Source: Myxococcota bacterium (GTDB taxonomy: Bacteria > Myxococcota_A > Polyangia > Nannocystales > Nannocystaceae). From it: a stretch of DNA of 64,000 bases. The translations under genes were made by a program, and so were the position numbers. Below, piece after piece: positions 41,388-52,052 of this stretch. The notes beneath the pieces were generated by a model, which saw only the letters and a program-made list of their open reading frames with translations, did not search any database and was not told the origin of the DNA. Position 1 is the stretch's first letter, and the number at the start of each line of letters is the position of its first letter. The DNA lies in the NCBI GenBank assembly GCA_039028615.1, contig JBCCHT010000038.1, forward strand, positions 52,441-116,440, written 5' to 3'.

Positions 41388-43432
41388 TAGAAGCGGATGC
41401 CGAACTGACCTTGGATGGTCTGGACGGCCCGGGCATCCTCGGGGGCGCCGTCCGATCGGATGCGGTTGAAGGCACCGAGCGGGAAGAGCACGCCGTACTG
41501 GATCTGGAAGAAGATCGGCTCGCGTCGGTCGTGGTAGCGCATGGCGCCGTCGAGCTCGATGCCGTAGCTGAAGCGCCGCCCGATGGTGCTCAGGCGGTTG
41601 GCGGCCATGGCGTACTCGACGTCCACGCGGGCGCTGAAGCTGTCGAAGAAGTAGAACGCGGCCCACGGCTTGAAGTAGGCGGCGTTGGAGACCGTGCCCA
41701 GGATCTCCCGGAACAGGATCATGTCGACGTTGAACGCCGGGTTGAACCGGAAGTTGCTGATCAGGTTGTCCGGGTCGTTGTTGTCGGGGTTGTCGTCCCG
41801 CTGGGGCAGGGCCGCGCCCGCGTCGGGCGAGTTGGCCCCCGCCGTGACGTCGCCCATGGCGAAGCCCTGGTCGAAGCCGATGTGGAAGCGATCCTTGAAG
41901 AACCCGTACTTGAACTCGAGGGCGTAGCCGAAGTTGGCCACGGTCTTGCGCTCGAGCTGCTCGGCGGTGACCGACTCGAGGAAGGTCGGGTCGCTGGCGA
42001 TGTCGTCCGAGCCGAAGGAGTCGTCGAGGGCGCGGAAGGTGCCGAAGGTACCGGCCGCCTCGAGCTCGACCCGAAGGGTGCGCCAGTTGAAGCGCATCCA
42101 CAGGTCGGGGGTGACCACGAAGGCTCGGCGCGCGATGAGCAGCTCGTTGTAGGGGGAATCGGCGAGCGTGCCGTCGGCCCCGTCGAAGGTGCCGGCTCCG
42201 CCTCCCACCAGGTCGATGTCCTGGAAGCGCAGCCAGGTCATCACGCCGTAGTTGAACACGGGCGAGCCCAGCGAGAGCTTGCGACGCAGCATGTCCTGGT
42301 CGTCGCGGCGCTCGAGCGAGGCGCTCCACTGATAGACGTTGTCGAACTTCTCGGCGGAGATGGTCTGCCCCACCAGCCGGCCGTTGCCGTACTCGGGCCC
42401 CTGCAGCCACGCGTAGGTGGGGCCGCTGGAGGCCCAGTCCCACGAGACGGCCAGGGTGTGCGTGCGACGGCGGTCCTTGCCGAAGTCGAAGGCCAGGCGC
42501 ACCGAGTCGACCGAGTCACCGAAGTCGCGGTCGAGGTGGCGAATGATGTCCGAGTCGTCGCCGCGGGCGTAGCCGTTGCCGTGGTTGGCCACCATGCCCA
42601 TACCCCAGCTCCACGGCATCCGGCCGAACTGGAGGTCGAGGCCGAAGCCGAAGCGAACGTGGCCCCAGGCGCGCTTGACCAGGATGCTGTCGTCGAAGCT
42701 GTTGACCCCGGCCGAGGGCGGAACCTGGCTGCGGGTATACAGATCGATGGGCGCGTTGGGGTTGTCGAAGCGGAAGGTGTCCGGCGTGCTGCCGAGCACC
42801 ACGTTGTCGAGCAGGTCGACCTGGCTATGCACCTTCACCGTGTCGGTGATGTGCAGCGTGGGCTCGAGGCGCAGGCGCAGGTTGGCGCTGGCCGCCCCGT
42901 TGCGACGCTGGCAGCGGGTGGTGGCCCGGGTGGCCGAGACCCCGGCCTCGGTCAGGCGCGCGAAGCAGTCGGCGTCGTTGGCCAGGAAGGTGCTGCTGCC
43001 CGTCTCTTCGCGGTTCTCACCCATCTCGGCGGGCGGACGGAAGAACTTGTTGGGCAGCAGGTCGTTGTTGGAATCGCGATCGTCGAGGCCGAGGTGCAGG
43101 CGATGGAAGTAGTCGCCTCGCATCCGCATGTAGCCGTGCAAGTCGAAGAGCTGGACCCGACGACGGCGTGCGGGCTGAGCTCGCACCTCCTCGATGGGCC
43201 GAAGCGCCTGCTTGTCCTTGGGGGCCTCTTCGGCCGGACCGTCCTTCTTGTCCTTGCCGCCTTGACCCGGGCCGCCGGGGGCACCCGGAGACGGGCCACC
43301 AGCGCCGCCGAGACCCGGCTGGGCTGCCGTTGCCGACCCGGCGCCGAGCAGGCCCACCGAGAGCAACGCGAGCAAGGGCAAGGGGCGGAGCAACGCGGCT
43401 CCGAGGCCACGTGGGTGCATTTCGCCGCTCAT
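41387..43432 (-). CDS. TIGR04551-like myxobacterial outer-membrane beta-barrel protein
   Basis: Signal peptide; DLHGYMRMRGDYFHRLHLG; ANLRLRLEPTL..VDLLDNVVLGSTP; FGRMPWSWGMG; NFRFNPAFNVDMILFREILG; terminal Phe. Confidence 0.82.
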   Translation of the reverse strand: MSGEMHPRGLGAALLRPLPLLALLSVGLLGAGSATAAQPGLGGAGGPSPGAPGGPGQGGKDKKDGPAEEAPKDKQALRPIEEVRAQPARRRRVQLFDLHGYMRMRGDYFHRLHLGLDDRDSNNDLLPNKFFRPPAEMGENREETGSSTFLANDADCFARLTEAGVSATRATTRCQRRNGAASANLRLRLEPTLHITDTVKVHSQVDLLDNVVLGSTPDTFRFDNPNAPIDLYTRSQVPPSAGVNSFDDSILVKRAWGHVRFGFGLDLQFGRMPWSWGMGMVANHGNGYARGDDSDIIRHLDRDFGDSVDSVRLAFDFGKDRRRTHTLAVSWDWASSGPTYAWLQGPEYGNGRLVGQTISAEKFDNVYQWSASLERRDDQDMLRRKLSLGSPVFNYGVMTWLRFQDIDLVGGGAGTFDGADGTLADSPYNELLIARRAFVVTPDLWMRFNWRTLRVELEAAGTFGTFRALDDSFGSDDIASDPTFLESVTAEQLERKTVANFGYALEFKYGFFKDRFHIGFDQGFAMGDVTAGANSPDAGAALPQRDDNPDNNDPDNLISNFRFNPAFNVDMILFREILGTVSNAAYFKPWAAFYFFDSFSARVDVEYAMAANRLSTIGRRFSYGIELDGAMRYHDRREPIFFQIQYGVLFPLGAFNRIRSDGAPEDARAVQTIQGQFGIRF

Positions 43433-43716
43433 CGAGGCCGCGCACGCTAACAGCGCCAAAGTCGGGGCGTCAAATCACGGGGGACCGGCTGCCCGCACGT
43501 CGGCCAGGCCCGACAAGAGCCGTCTCGACCCGACCCTTCGCCAACCCGAGGTGGGGCCCGCTCTACGGCCGTCCGCCTCCAGGTTCCCTCGCGTACAGGT
43601 GTGATCCCTTTCACGGAAGGATCCCCCCATCGGGGCGCGGAGGGCGGGATTCGGCGCGAGGGGCGGCTTGGCTACGCCAAAAAAGCGTGCGTCGCCCCCC
43701 GTGCGCGAGGTGCAGC

Positions 43717-44889
43717 TCAGGCCGCGGGCACCGTGGCGCAGCCGAACTTGATGCTCACGCTGGCCATGTTGAAGCCCTGGATCTGAGTGCAGGTCTGCGG
43801 GCACACGACGATGCTCGTGGGGTTCTCCGGGTCGTCGTAGTACCAGCCGTGGCTGACGTTGGCGCACTCGGCCGGGTCTTCCACGCGACCGATGTCCAGC
43901 CCCCCTCCCGCTCCGTCGTCGAACTCCACGTTGACCTGATCGGGATCGAAGTCCTCGCCGTCGGGCGGCACGGGGATGTCGTACTCGCACGCGAGCGTGG
44001 CCCCGGTGACCACCGCCTGGGAGATTTGGTCGAACACGGGCTGGAAGTCCTGGTCGCACAGGTTGCCGAACACCCCGCCGGTCAAGTTGGTCAGCGCGAT
44101 GTACTCCTCGCCAGCATCGGCCGCGGTCAGGCAGCACGAGGTCATCAACACGCAGGCGATCGCGAGGCCCTCGGGCGAGGCGATGGCGTGGAAGGTGTAG
44201 TCCTCGAGGCTCGGGTCGAGCGCGCGGAACATGGTGTCGAAGGTGCCGGCATCCATGTCCGCGTCGTCATCGCTCACCACCACCACGTGCTTGGCCGCGG
44301 TGGGGCGGAAGTTGACCGACCAGCTGTCGTAGTGCTGGATGATCTTGTCGAGCGCGTTGTTGCTGCCGACCGCGTCGACGACGTGCACGTAGCCGGGCGG
44401 GTTTTCGTCGGCGGGGCAGCTGCCCGTGCCGAGCGGCTGCCCCACGCAGATGCCCTCGTCGTCGCTGCTGTCGGCCGAGATCAAGGCCACCCGCGCGTCG
44501 ATGTTGGCGAGGAAGATCTGGGTGGAGAACGCGTTCAAGTTGTTCTGCACCGACAGCGCCTCGAAGCCCATGCTCCCCGAGTTGTCGACCACGAATAGAA
44601 TGTCGGCGGGTTGGATGCCCACCATCGCCTGGTCGGAGACCTCGGCGCAGCCCTCCGTGTCGCCCCCGGGCCCGGTGTCGTCGCCTCCGATGTCCGGGAT
44701 GGCGCCGACCGTGTCGTCGTCGTCGACCGTGCCTCCCGTGGTCGTGGCCATGGACCCGGCCGTGAGCGAGGTGATCCCCGTCGGCAAGGGGTTGTTGCTC
44801 GACGTGTCGTCGCCTCCACACGCGATCGTCCCCAACGCAACGATCGTGCTCGCGATGGGCTTGGCCCAGCTCGTAATCCGCATCTTCAT
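43717..44889 (-). CDS. Stalked lipoprotein with vWA-like domain and Cys-containing C-terminal domain
   Basis: TIAC lipobox, Thr stalk, ADILFVVDNSGSM, VVVSDDD, CEYDIPVPP..VNVEF..GWYYDDPENPTSIVVCPQTC. Confidence 0.82.
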   Translation of the reverse strand: MKMRITSWAKPIASTIVALGTIACGGDDTSSNNPLPTGITSLTAGSMATTTGGTVDDDDTVGAIPDIGGDDTGPGGDTEGCAEVSDQAMVGIQPADILFVVDNSGSMGFEALSVQNNLNAFSTQIFLANIDARVALISADSSDDEGICVGQPLGTGSCPADENPPGYVHVVDAVGSNNALDKIIQHYDSWSVNFRPTAAKHVVVVSDDDADMDAGTFDTMFRALDPSLEDYTFHAIASPEGLAIACVLMTSCCLTAADAGEEYIALTNLTGGVFGNLCDQDFQPVFDQISQAVVTGATLACEYDIPVPPDGEDFDPDQVNVEFDDGAGGGLDIGRVEDPAECANVSHGWYYDDPENPTSIVVCPQTCTQIQGFNMASVSIKFGCATVPAA

Positions 44890-44964
44890 GTTCAATCCTT
44901 CCCCCCTACTGAGAAGTGGCGATGATGATGACGGCTCGGTCGCGATGATGGCAAGCTTTGGGGC

Positions 44965-46047
44965 ATGGCCTCGTGGTGGCAACCGGGACAGTTGTTGTTC
45001 GTCGGCTTCCAAGGAACGGAACTCCCGCCGGACCTCGAAGCATTGATCGCTCAGGGGCGTGTGGGCGGGGTCATCTTGTTTTCACGCAACATCGAATCTC
45101 CCGAACAACTTCGGGGGTTGGTGACCGCGATCCATGGGGCCGCGCCACCCGAGGTGCCGCTGCTCGTCGGCATCGATCAAGAGGGGGGCCGCGTGCAGCG
45201 GCTGCGCGACCCGTGGACGGTTTGGCCGCCCATGCGGCGTTTGGGCGACCGCAATGCCCCCGAGGACACGCGGGCCTTCGCCGCCGCGCTCGCGCGTGAG
45301 TTGGTCGACATGCAGATTCACCTCGACTTTTCGCCCGTGGTCGACGTTGACACCAATCCCGCCAACCCCGTCATTGGCGATCGCAGTTTCGCGCGTGACC
45401 CATCTCGGGTCATTGCGCACGCGGTGCCGGTCATCGAGGCCCTGCAGCAGGCGGGGGTGGCCGCGTGCGCCAAGCACTTCCCGGGTCACGGCGACACCGA
45501 CCTCGACAGTCACCTGCAGCTGCCTCGGTTGGCTCACGACCTCGACCGGCTGCGGGCCATCGAGCTGCCGCCCTTCGCGGCGGCGGCCAAGGCCGGGGTG
45601 GCGAGCATCATGACCGCCCATGTCGTGTTCGAGGCCATCGATCGCAAGCGACCGGCCACGATCTCGCCCGAGGTCATGGCCTTGCTCCGCGAAGAGATCG
45701 GCTACGACGGCGTGGTGTTCTCCGACGACTTCGAGATGAAGGCGGTCGCCGACCACCACTCCCCCGACGCGCTGGTGCGGGGCTGTCTCGAAGCGGACGT
45801 CGACGCGATGCTGGTGTGCAGCGACGCGAGCCTGCGCGACGAGGTCCTGCAGCGGCTCGAGCGTTCGCCCGATCGCCGGGTGGAGCGAGCCATCGAGCGG
45901 GTGGTCGCCATGAAGAAGCACTACGCGGTGCGGCCGTCGAATCCCGAGTCCGAGGACCCACGAGATCCGGCCGCGCGCGAGGAGCCGAGCGGGCCCCCGT
46001 ACCCCGAGCATCAGGACCTCGCGCGGCACCTGTCCGACGACGGCTGA
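44965..46047 (+). CDS. nagZ: Beta-N-acetylhexosaminidase (GH3)
   Basis: [42 protein letters not shown]. Confidence 0.92.
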   Translation: MASWWQPGQLLFVGFQGTELPPDLEALIAQGRVGGVILFSRNIESPEQLRGLVTAIHGAAPPEVPLLVGIDQEGGRVQRLRDPWTVWPPMRRLGDRNAPEDTRAFAAALARELVDMQIHLDFSPVVDVDTNPANPVIGDRSFARDPSRVIAHAVPVIEALQQAGVAACAKHFPGHGDTDLDSHLQLPRLAHDLDRLRAIELPPFAAAAKAGVASIMTAHVVFEAIDRKRPATISPEVMALLREEIGYDGVVFSDDFEMKAVADHHSPDALVRGCLEADVDAMLVCSDASLRDEVLQRLERSPDRRVERAIERVVAMKKHYAVRPSNPESEDPRDPAAREEPSGPPYPEHQDLARHLSDDG

Positions 46048-46133
46048 GCTCCGCATTGTCCCGCCTGCGAGCGCCCATGCGCCGTGGGCGACCGTGGCAG
46101 ACAGCGCACCCGGCAGGGGGTAGCCTCCCCGCC

Positions 46134-46928
46134 ATGCGGCAGTACCTCGACCTGCTCCGCGAGATCCTCGAGCACGGCACGCCCAAGGACGACCGCACCG
46201 GGACTGGCACCCGGAGCGTGTTCGGGCGTCAGCTTCGCTTCGACCTCGCCGAGGGGTTCCCGCTCGTCACCACCAAGAAGGTCCACCTGCGCTCGATCAT
46301 CCACGAGCTGCTCTGGTTCCTCAACGGCGACACCAACATCGGGTACCTCAAGGACAACGGGGTCGGCATCTGGGACGAGTGGGCCGACGAAAACGGAGAC
46401 CTCGGTCCCGTCTACGGGCATCAGTGGCGCTCCTGGCCCGCGCCCGACGGCACGTCGATCGATCAGATCAGCCAAGCCCTGCACCTCATCCGCAACGACC
46501 CGGGCTCGCGCCGCATCGTGGTCAGCGCGTGGAACGTCTCCGACCTCGATCGCATGGCCCTGGCTCCGTGCCACTGCCTGTTCCAGTTCTACGTCGCGGC
46601 GGGGCGGCTTTCGTGTCAGCTGTATCAGCGCAGCGCGGACATGTTCTTGGGCGTGCCCTTCAACATCGCCTCCTATGCCTTGCTCACCCAGATGATGGCG
46701 CTGGTCTGCGACCTCGAGCCGGGGGAGTTCGTGCACACCTTCGGCGACGCGCACCTGTACTCCAACCACGTCGAGCAGGCGCGCACGCAGCTGGCCCGCG
46801 AGGTTCGACCCTTGCCCACCATGAAGATCCGGCGCCGCCCCGAGAGCCTGTTCGACTTCCGCTACGAGGACTTCGAGCTGACCGGCTACGACCCGCACCC
46901 GCACATCAAGGCACCCGTCGCGGTCTGA
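46134..46928 (+). CDS. thyA: Thymidylate synthase
   Basis: [47 protein letters not shown]. Confidence 0.98.
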   Translation: MRQYLDLLREILEHGTPKDDRTGTGTRSVFGRQLRFDLAEGFPLVTTKKVHLRSIIHELLWFLNGDTNIGYLKDNGVGIWDEWADENGDLGPVYGHQWRSWPAPDGTSIDQISQALHLIRNDPGSRRIVVSAWNVSDLDRMALAPCHCLFQFYVAAGRLSCQLYQRSADMFLGVPFNIASYALLTQMMALVCDLEPGEFVHTFGDAHLYSNHVEQARTQLAREVRPLPTMKIRRRPESLFDFRYEDFELTGYDPHPHIKAPVAV

Positions 46929-46941
46929 GGGGTCCGAGCTC

Positions 46942-47433
46942 ATGCGACTTTCCATCATCGTTGCGGTCGCGCAAAACGGAGTGATCGGGGTCGATGGCGA
47001 TCTGCCGTGGCGATTGCCCGCCGACCTGCGCTTCTTCAAGCAGACCACCCTCGGTCATCACCTGCTGATGGGGCGCAAGACCTGGGACTCCATCGGTCGC
47101 GCATTGCCGGGTCGCACCACGGTGGTGCTCACCCGCAACCCGCAGTTCGAGGCGCCGGGCTGTGCCGTGGCCCACGATCTCGACGCGGCCGTCGACCTGG
47201 CGCGCGCGGCGGGGGACACCGAGGCCTTCGTCGCGGGCGGGGCCGGGGTATATGCGGCGGCGCTGCCTCGGGCCGATCGCCTGTACATCACCCAGGTCGA
47301 GGCCACGGTGCCGGGGGACGTTTCCTTTCCGAGCTACGACCCCGCGCAGTGGTCGGAAGTCGCGCGACAGGAGCATCCCGCCGACGAAAAGCACCGCTGG
47401 CCCTTCGTGATCTCGACCTTCGATCGCCGCTGA
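46942..47433 (+). CDS. folA: Dihydrofolate reductase
   Basis: AVAQNGVIG..LPWRLPADLRFFK..MGRKTWDSI..LPGR..GG. Confidence 0.97.
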   Translation: MRLSIIVAVAQNGVIGVDGDLPWRLPADLRFFKQTTLGHHLLMGRKTWDSIGRALPGRTTVVLTRNPQFEAPGCAVAHDLDAAVDLARAAGDTEAFVAGGAGVYAAALPRADRLYITQVEATVPGDVSFPSYDPAQWSEVARQEHPADEKHRWPFVISTFDRR

Positions 47434-47664
47434 GGCCGCGCCCGGGCCGGTCGGCGGTGGCTCCCGCCTTCGGGTGGCCCGCCGCTGCGGACGGACCCAC
47501 ACCACGATCGGCGCCCAGTGGCGGGCCGCATTTGTCATCGCGTACTCGTCCCTGAGCTATTGAATGCGCATTCCGCGAGACCGATACTAAGTGAGCTGGG
47601 GACGGTTGGCGTCGTGTCGGCTGGTCTCGCTCGCTATTCGTTTTCGCTTTTGGAGAGCCTGTCC

Positions 47665-48675
47665 ATGCGTACTCTGCCGTCGGTCCTCGCTGCTCATGTT
47701 CATCGAGGACCGTCCCGCGGACGAGGATGGCTCGCTGCGGTCGCCATGGCGCTGGGGCTGACGATCGCGTCGTCGGCCCAAGCCGCCGAAGTCGGAGACG
47801 CCCCCGGGCGCGCCACGATCGACCGCACGGGCTACGTGGAAGACGGAAGCCGCAACGACGATGCGCCCACGATGGTGGGAGACGTCAACCTGGGTGCGTC
47901 CCTCGAGGCGCAGCCCAACGAAGCCACGGTGGCCGTCTCCCCGCAGATTCGCCTCGGCATGCGTCCTCGCCCCGAGGTCGAGCTCCACCTGGACTTCGGC
48001 GCGGTGGCGATCTTCCGCGAGGGTCCCGAGGGTCGGCAGCAAGAGGCCCGACCCAGCAACCTGAGCTTCGGGGCGAGCCGCGTCCTCGATCGCCGCGGCG
48101 ATCGCTGGCGCTACGCCAAGGTCGGCTTCGCCTTCGTGATCCCCACCGGCTTCGCCAGCAGCCCGCTGGAGCAGGATGCCTACGAGTATGCACTTGCCGG
48201 ACGTGTGGGTTGGGATCCGTGGGCGTGGGTGCCCCAGACTCTGGGGCTCGTGGTCCCCGCCGAGGTGCGCGCCCAGCTCGGCCGTCGCTGGGTCCTGGGC
48301 GCCGACGGTGCTCTCGCCGCATTGCTGCCCAGCGCGGGCATCACCGACGGACCCGCCGTGGCGGCCCAAGTCGCGGGTGAGGCTCGCTTCGTGACGCGTT
48401 GGATGGGCCTGGGCATGCGGATGACCGCGGCGTGGAATGGCCGCCACCCCGAGGATCGTAGCCAAGCGGGGGTGAGCCCCTTCGTCGACGCCAGCCTCTG
48501 CCGACGCCGCACGGGGCGACGCGTTCGTGGCCAAACCGCACGGACCTCGAGCGACTGCCCGCTCTATGCGCTGGCCAGCCTCAACGTGAACGTCGATGGT
48601 CCCTACGGATTCATGGGCCGCGAGTCGACGGGTATTTGGGGCATGCAGTTCGGTCTGGGCTGGGCCGTGTATTGA
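47665..48675 (+). CDS. Hypothetical exported protein, probable outer-membrane beta-barrel
   Basis: Signal peptide ..SSAQA, amphipathic beta pattern, aromatic C-terminus FGLGWAVY. Confidence 0.65.
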   Translation: MRTLPSVLAAHVHRGPSRGRGWLAAVAMALGLTIASSAQAAEVGDAPGRATIDRTGYVEDGSRNDDAPTMVGDVNLGASLEAQPNEATVAVSPQIRLGMRPRPEVELHLDFGAVAIFREGPEGRQQEARPSNLSFGASRVLDRRGDRWRYAKVGFAFVIPTGFASSPLEQDAYEYALAGRVGWDPWAWVPQTLGLVVPAEVRAQLGRRWVLGADGALAALLPSAGITDGPAVAAQVAGEARFVTRWMGLGMRMTAAWNGRHPEDRSQAGVSPFVDASLCRRRTGRRVRGQTARTSSDCPLYALASLNVNVDGPYGFMGRESTGIWGMQFGLGWAVY

Positions 48676-48706
48676 CCCGAGTGCGAGTGCCGGCCACGCC
48701 GAAGCA

Positions 48707-48742
48707 GAGGGCGTGTCGCGATGTCGCGACGCGCCTTCTTTC
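48707..48742 (+). terminator. Probable intrinsic terminator
   Basis: gagggcgtgtcgcg-atgt-cgcgacgcgccttc followed by ttt. Confidence 0.55.
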
Positions 48743-49275
48743 GTTTCGAATTCACGCCAGGTTCGACGCGCCGAAAAACCACGGGGGAGAGCCCACTGTC
48801 GCGCAGTCGTTGGCCCGAGATTTCGTGGTGCTCATGAGCTATCCACGAGCGGCCGTGATGGGTTGCGCGAAAGTTTGTTCGTGGGCGGGCCGCCCGCGAC
48901 GACGACCATGCTCGACACCACGGCCTACCCGAATTCGAGCTGCCATGGGGTCATACGGACACGAATCGTCGTGGTCCGGTTGTCGACGCGCGCGGTCGAA
49001 CGCAGGGAAATCCCTCCGAGGGTTTTCCCGCATCGAGCGTTGCGAAATGCATCAGTGACTGTTGAGTACGAAGGGGTGGTGCTCTCCGTTCCGGTTTCGA
49101 TCACGGAACACCGCAATCGGTGTTACGTGTCACTCGTTTGCCATCTTCGTGAGGGCCACGGGATGCAGTGGAATCCCAGTCGTGCTAGATCATCGTGCGG
49201 CACTCGTTCGCGCCTTCAGAAACTGTCACTCTCGGCTTGTACAAGCCCCTGGTCACCTCTAGTCTGGAAATCACC

Positions 49276-49842
49276 ATGCGAAGCTCCGCCCTAACGTTCT
49301 TGTTCGCCTTGGTCGCCCCGTTAGTCATGGGCTCCTCGGCGTGCTTCCTCTCCACCGAGGGGGACTCCTTCGATGGTACGTACAGCACGGGCGGAGGCGG
49401 CTGCGAGATCGGTAGCGAAGGTTGTGCATGCACCTCGGGTGGCATGTGCAACGCACCGTTCTCTTGCAACGACAACCTCAACATCTGTGTCGCCGACACC
49501 TGTCCGGTCGGCACCGAGACCTGCGCGTGCACTCCCGAAGGCGCGTGTGACCCCGGCCTGCAGTGTGCCTCCGACCTGTGTGTCGAAGAGGGCTGCTCGC
49601 CCGGCACCGAGGCTTGCACTTGCACCGACGGTGGCGGCTGCGATCCTGGCCTCGACTGCCTGTCCGGCCTCTGCGTCTCGCCGCAGGCCACCGACGACGG
49701 CACTCCGGCCGATTCCTCGGGCGACGGCAGCAACACCACCACCGGCTCCGCCGACGAGACCGGCGACGGCGAGGCCTCCGCGACGGGCGCCTCCACGGGC
49801 GGTTCCTCGGGCGGCGGCTCCTCCAGCGGCTCGACCGGCTGA
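49276..49842 (+). CDS. Small lipoprotein with three tandem Cys-rich repeats and a Ser/Gly/Thr tail
   Basis: GSSAC lipobox; three repeats of the form C..G.E.C.CT..G.C.....C....CV. Confidence 0.8.
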   Translation: MRSSALTFLFALVAPLVMGSSACFLSTEGDSFDGTYSTGGGGCEIGSEGCACTSGGMCNAPFSCNDNLNICVADTCPVGTETCACTPEGACDPGLQCASDLCVEEGCSPGTEACTCTDGGGCDPGLDCLSGLCVSPQATDDGTPADSSGDGSNTTTGSADETGDGEASATGASTGGSSGGGSSSGSTG

Positions 49843-49870
49843 GCCCTCTCGAGTTCTCGCTTCGTACCAG

Positions 49871-49898
49871 GGGCGCTTCACCGACCGGTGAGGCGCCC
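49871..49898. terminator. Hairpin between convergent genes
   Basis: gggcgcttcaccg-ac-cggtgaggcgccc. Confidence 0.6.
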
Positions 49899-49946
49899 TT
49901 CGTCGTTTCCGGGGCCCGACGGGCTCCGAGGCCTCCCTGGAGGCCC

Positions 49947-52052
49947 TCAGCTGCGTCTGCGGCCTCGCCAGCGCAGCACGGCCTCGGCCGCGAGCAGCAG
50001 CCCGATGAGCCACCACAGCTCGCGCCACTTCGGCACCGCGACCGCCACGTGCCGACGCTCGCCATCCTGCAGCGGCGTCGTGTCGATCTCTTGCCACTGC
50101 GAGTCGCTCTCGACCGGATCGACCTCCACCGTGAACACGCCCGGGGTGTCGGACCGGCCGATGCGGTAGTGCCCGGGCAGGTAGGTCTCGCGGAAGACGG
50201 CCTGGTCGCCCTCGTCCGGCGCGATCGACAGCTGACGACCCGTGGGGGTGGTGATGGTGATCGCGTCTTCGGTACGGATCTGTCGGGGTTGACCCACCAG
50301 CAAGCGGCTGCCTGCTGCGCCGCTGCGGGCATCGGCGAGGTAGCCCAGCATGCTCGAGACCAAAGGGACGAAACCGGGTCTGAGCGGGAGGTCGGCCCAG
50401 TCGCGATCGATGGTGGTGGTCAGCAGCGCCACGCGGCCGCGACCCGCCTCGCGCGTGAGCAGGGCGGGGGCGCCGTTGGTGAACGACAGGGCAATCTCGT
50501 GGGAGCGCTGCGGATCCGGCTCGAGCAGCATCACCCGGCGCGCGCGGGTCCCCGTCAGGCCCAGGTCGCCGCGGAGGTTGCGAAACGCCGGGTGGGCGAG
50601 GTCGGCGGGCGCCATGCCCTCGGTGCGGGCTTCGGTGCGACCTGGCGCCGTGCCGACCCGCACCGCCTCGCGCATGCGCAGGGGCAGCAGCTCGCCGAAG
50701 CGCTGGTTGTAGGCGTTGGCCTGCACGCGGTCGCCCACCGTGATCCAAAGGCCCATGCCCGCCTGCACGCGCTCGACGATCGCGGGGGCGATGTCCGGCG
50801 AGGGGGCGCGCAGGTTGGCCAAGACCAGCACGTCGACGTCGCGGAAGGCCGCGGCTCCTTCGGCGCGCACTTGTGACTCCAGCTGATCGGGCGCCAGGCT
50901 GCGCAGTCGCAGGTTCTGGGCGTCATCGTAGGCGGAGGCCGCGGTACCCAGGAACCAGATCTCGTCGTGGGCTCGCAGCTCGCTGGGATCGCCGTTGACG
51001 ATCACCACCTCGATCGAATCGTCGGCCGACAGCCACGCGTGCCGGGCATCGTCACTGGGCAGCGGATCGTCGGCGAGGTCGAGTGCCACCACCGCCGGGA
51101 CCTGGCCCGGATCGTCGAGCAGGGTATGGGTGAACTCGACGACCGTCGCTTCGTCGAAGGGCAGCACCACGGTGGTGCGCGCGACTTCTTGGTCCGCCAC
51201 GCGCAACACGACCGGCACCCGTCGCTCGGGGGCGCTGTCCTCGGCGTCGGCGTTCGAGGGCGAGTGTCGGCGCAGCACGGCCTGGATCCGCAACGCGCGG
51301 GGATCGAGCTCGGGCGCGGGCTCCCAGTCGAGCTGTTCGATGGCCACGTGCTCCGGGCGCACCGCGTCGGCCTCGAGGGCGGGGATGGGGACGACCAGCG
51401 CGCCCCCTTCGGCCGCGTCGGGCAGCGAAGCCAGGCCGCGCTCGGTCGCGTCGCCCACCGCATAGATCACCCGCGGTCGATCGCCGCCGAGGTCTTGGAG
51501 CAAGGCGGTCGCCGAGGGCAGTGCCTCCGCCATCGTCCACGCGCCGGGTCGCGGGCGCCCTTCGGTGAGCCACTGCTCGATGACCTCGGAGATCAGCTCC
51601 GGGTCGGCGGTGGGTTGCTCGCGAGGGCCAGCCGGATCGGTGGTGACCAAGCCGATGCGGCTGCCGGCCGGCATCGACGCGAGCAGGCCTTCGACGCGCT
51701 CGCTCGCGTGGGAGAGTACCGAGCGTCCATCGACCCGCAGCTCCGTGCTGCGCGAGGCATCCAGCAAGATCACTGCGTCGTGGGGCTCGCCGACGACGGC
51801 GACGCCGGTCTGCTCCGTGCTCGAGGGTCGCGCCAGCACGAGGATCAGCAAAGCCAGCAGCAGGAGGCGGACGATGAGCAGCGGCCAGTCGCGGATCGAG
51901 CGGCGCTGGGTCACCGAGCGATCGGTCGCCGACAAGAAGCGGATCGCCGCGAAGCGGACCGGTCGCGGCGGCTCCCGGCCCAGCAAGTGGGCGACCATCG
52001 GCAAGGCCAGCCCCAGCAAACCCAGCAGGAGGGCCGGGGCGAGCAGCGTCAT
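49947..52052 (-). CDS. BatA-domain/vWA membrane protein
   Basis: N-terminal LLGLLGLALPMVAHLL..VRFAAIRFL..LARP; vWA ILLDASRS; C-terminal TM W.L...LLAAE. Confidence 0.85.
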   Translation of the reverse strand: MTLLAPALLLGLLGLALPMVAHLLGREPPRPVRFAAIRFLSATDRSVTQRRSIRDWPLLIVRLLLLALLILVLARPSSTEQTGVAVVGEPHDAVILLDASRSTELRVDGRSVLSHASERVEGLLASMPAGSRIGLVTTDPAGPREQPTADPELISEVIEQWLTEGRPRPGAWTMAEALPSATALLQDLGGDRPRVIYAVGDATERGLASLPDAAEGGALVVPIPALEADAVRPEHVAIEQLDWEPAPELDPRALRIQAVLRRHSPSNADAEDSAPERRVPVVLRVADQEVARTTVVLPFDEATVVEFTHTLLDDPGQVPAVVALDLADDPLPSDDARHAWLSADDSIEVVIVNGDPSELRAHDEIWFLGTAASAYDDAQNLRLRSLAPDQLESQVRAEGAAAFRDVDVLVLANLRAPSPDIAPAIVERVQAGMGLWITVGDRVQANAYNQRFGELLPLRMREAVRVGTAPGRTEARTEGMAPADLAHPAFRNLRGDLGLTGTRARRVMLLEPDPQRSHEIALSFTNGAPALLTREAGRGRVALLTTTIDRDWADLPLRPGFVPLVSSMLGYLADARSGAAGSRLLVGQPRQIRTEDAITITTPTGRQLSIAPDEGDQAVFRETYLPGHYRIGRSDTPGVFTVEVDPVESDSQWQEIDTTPLQDGERRHVAVAVPKWRELWWLIGLLLAAEAVLRWRGRRRS

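Noticed and set aside
44965..47433. nagZ-thyA-folA as a novel functional unit
   Set aside because: thyA-folA is a standard pair, and nothing in the sequence supports a link to nagZ beyond adjacency
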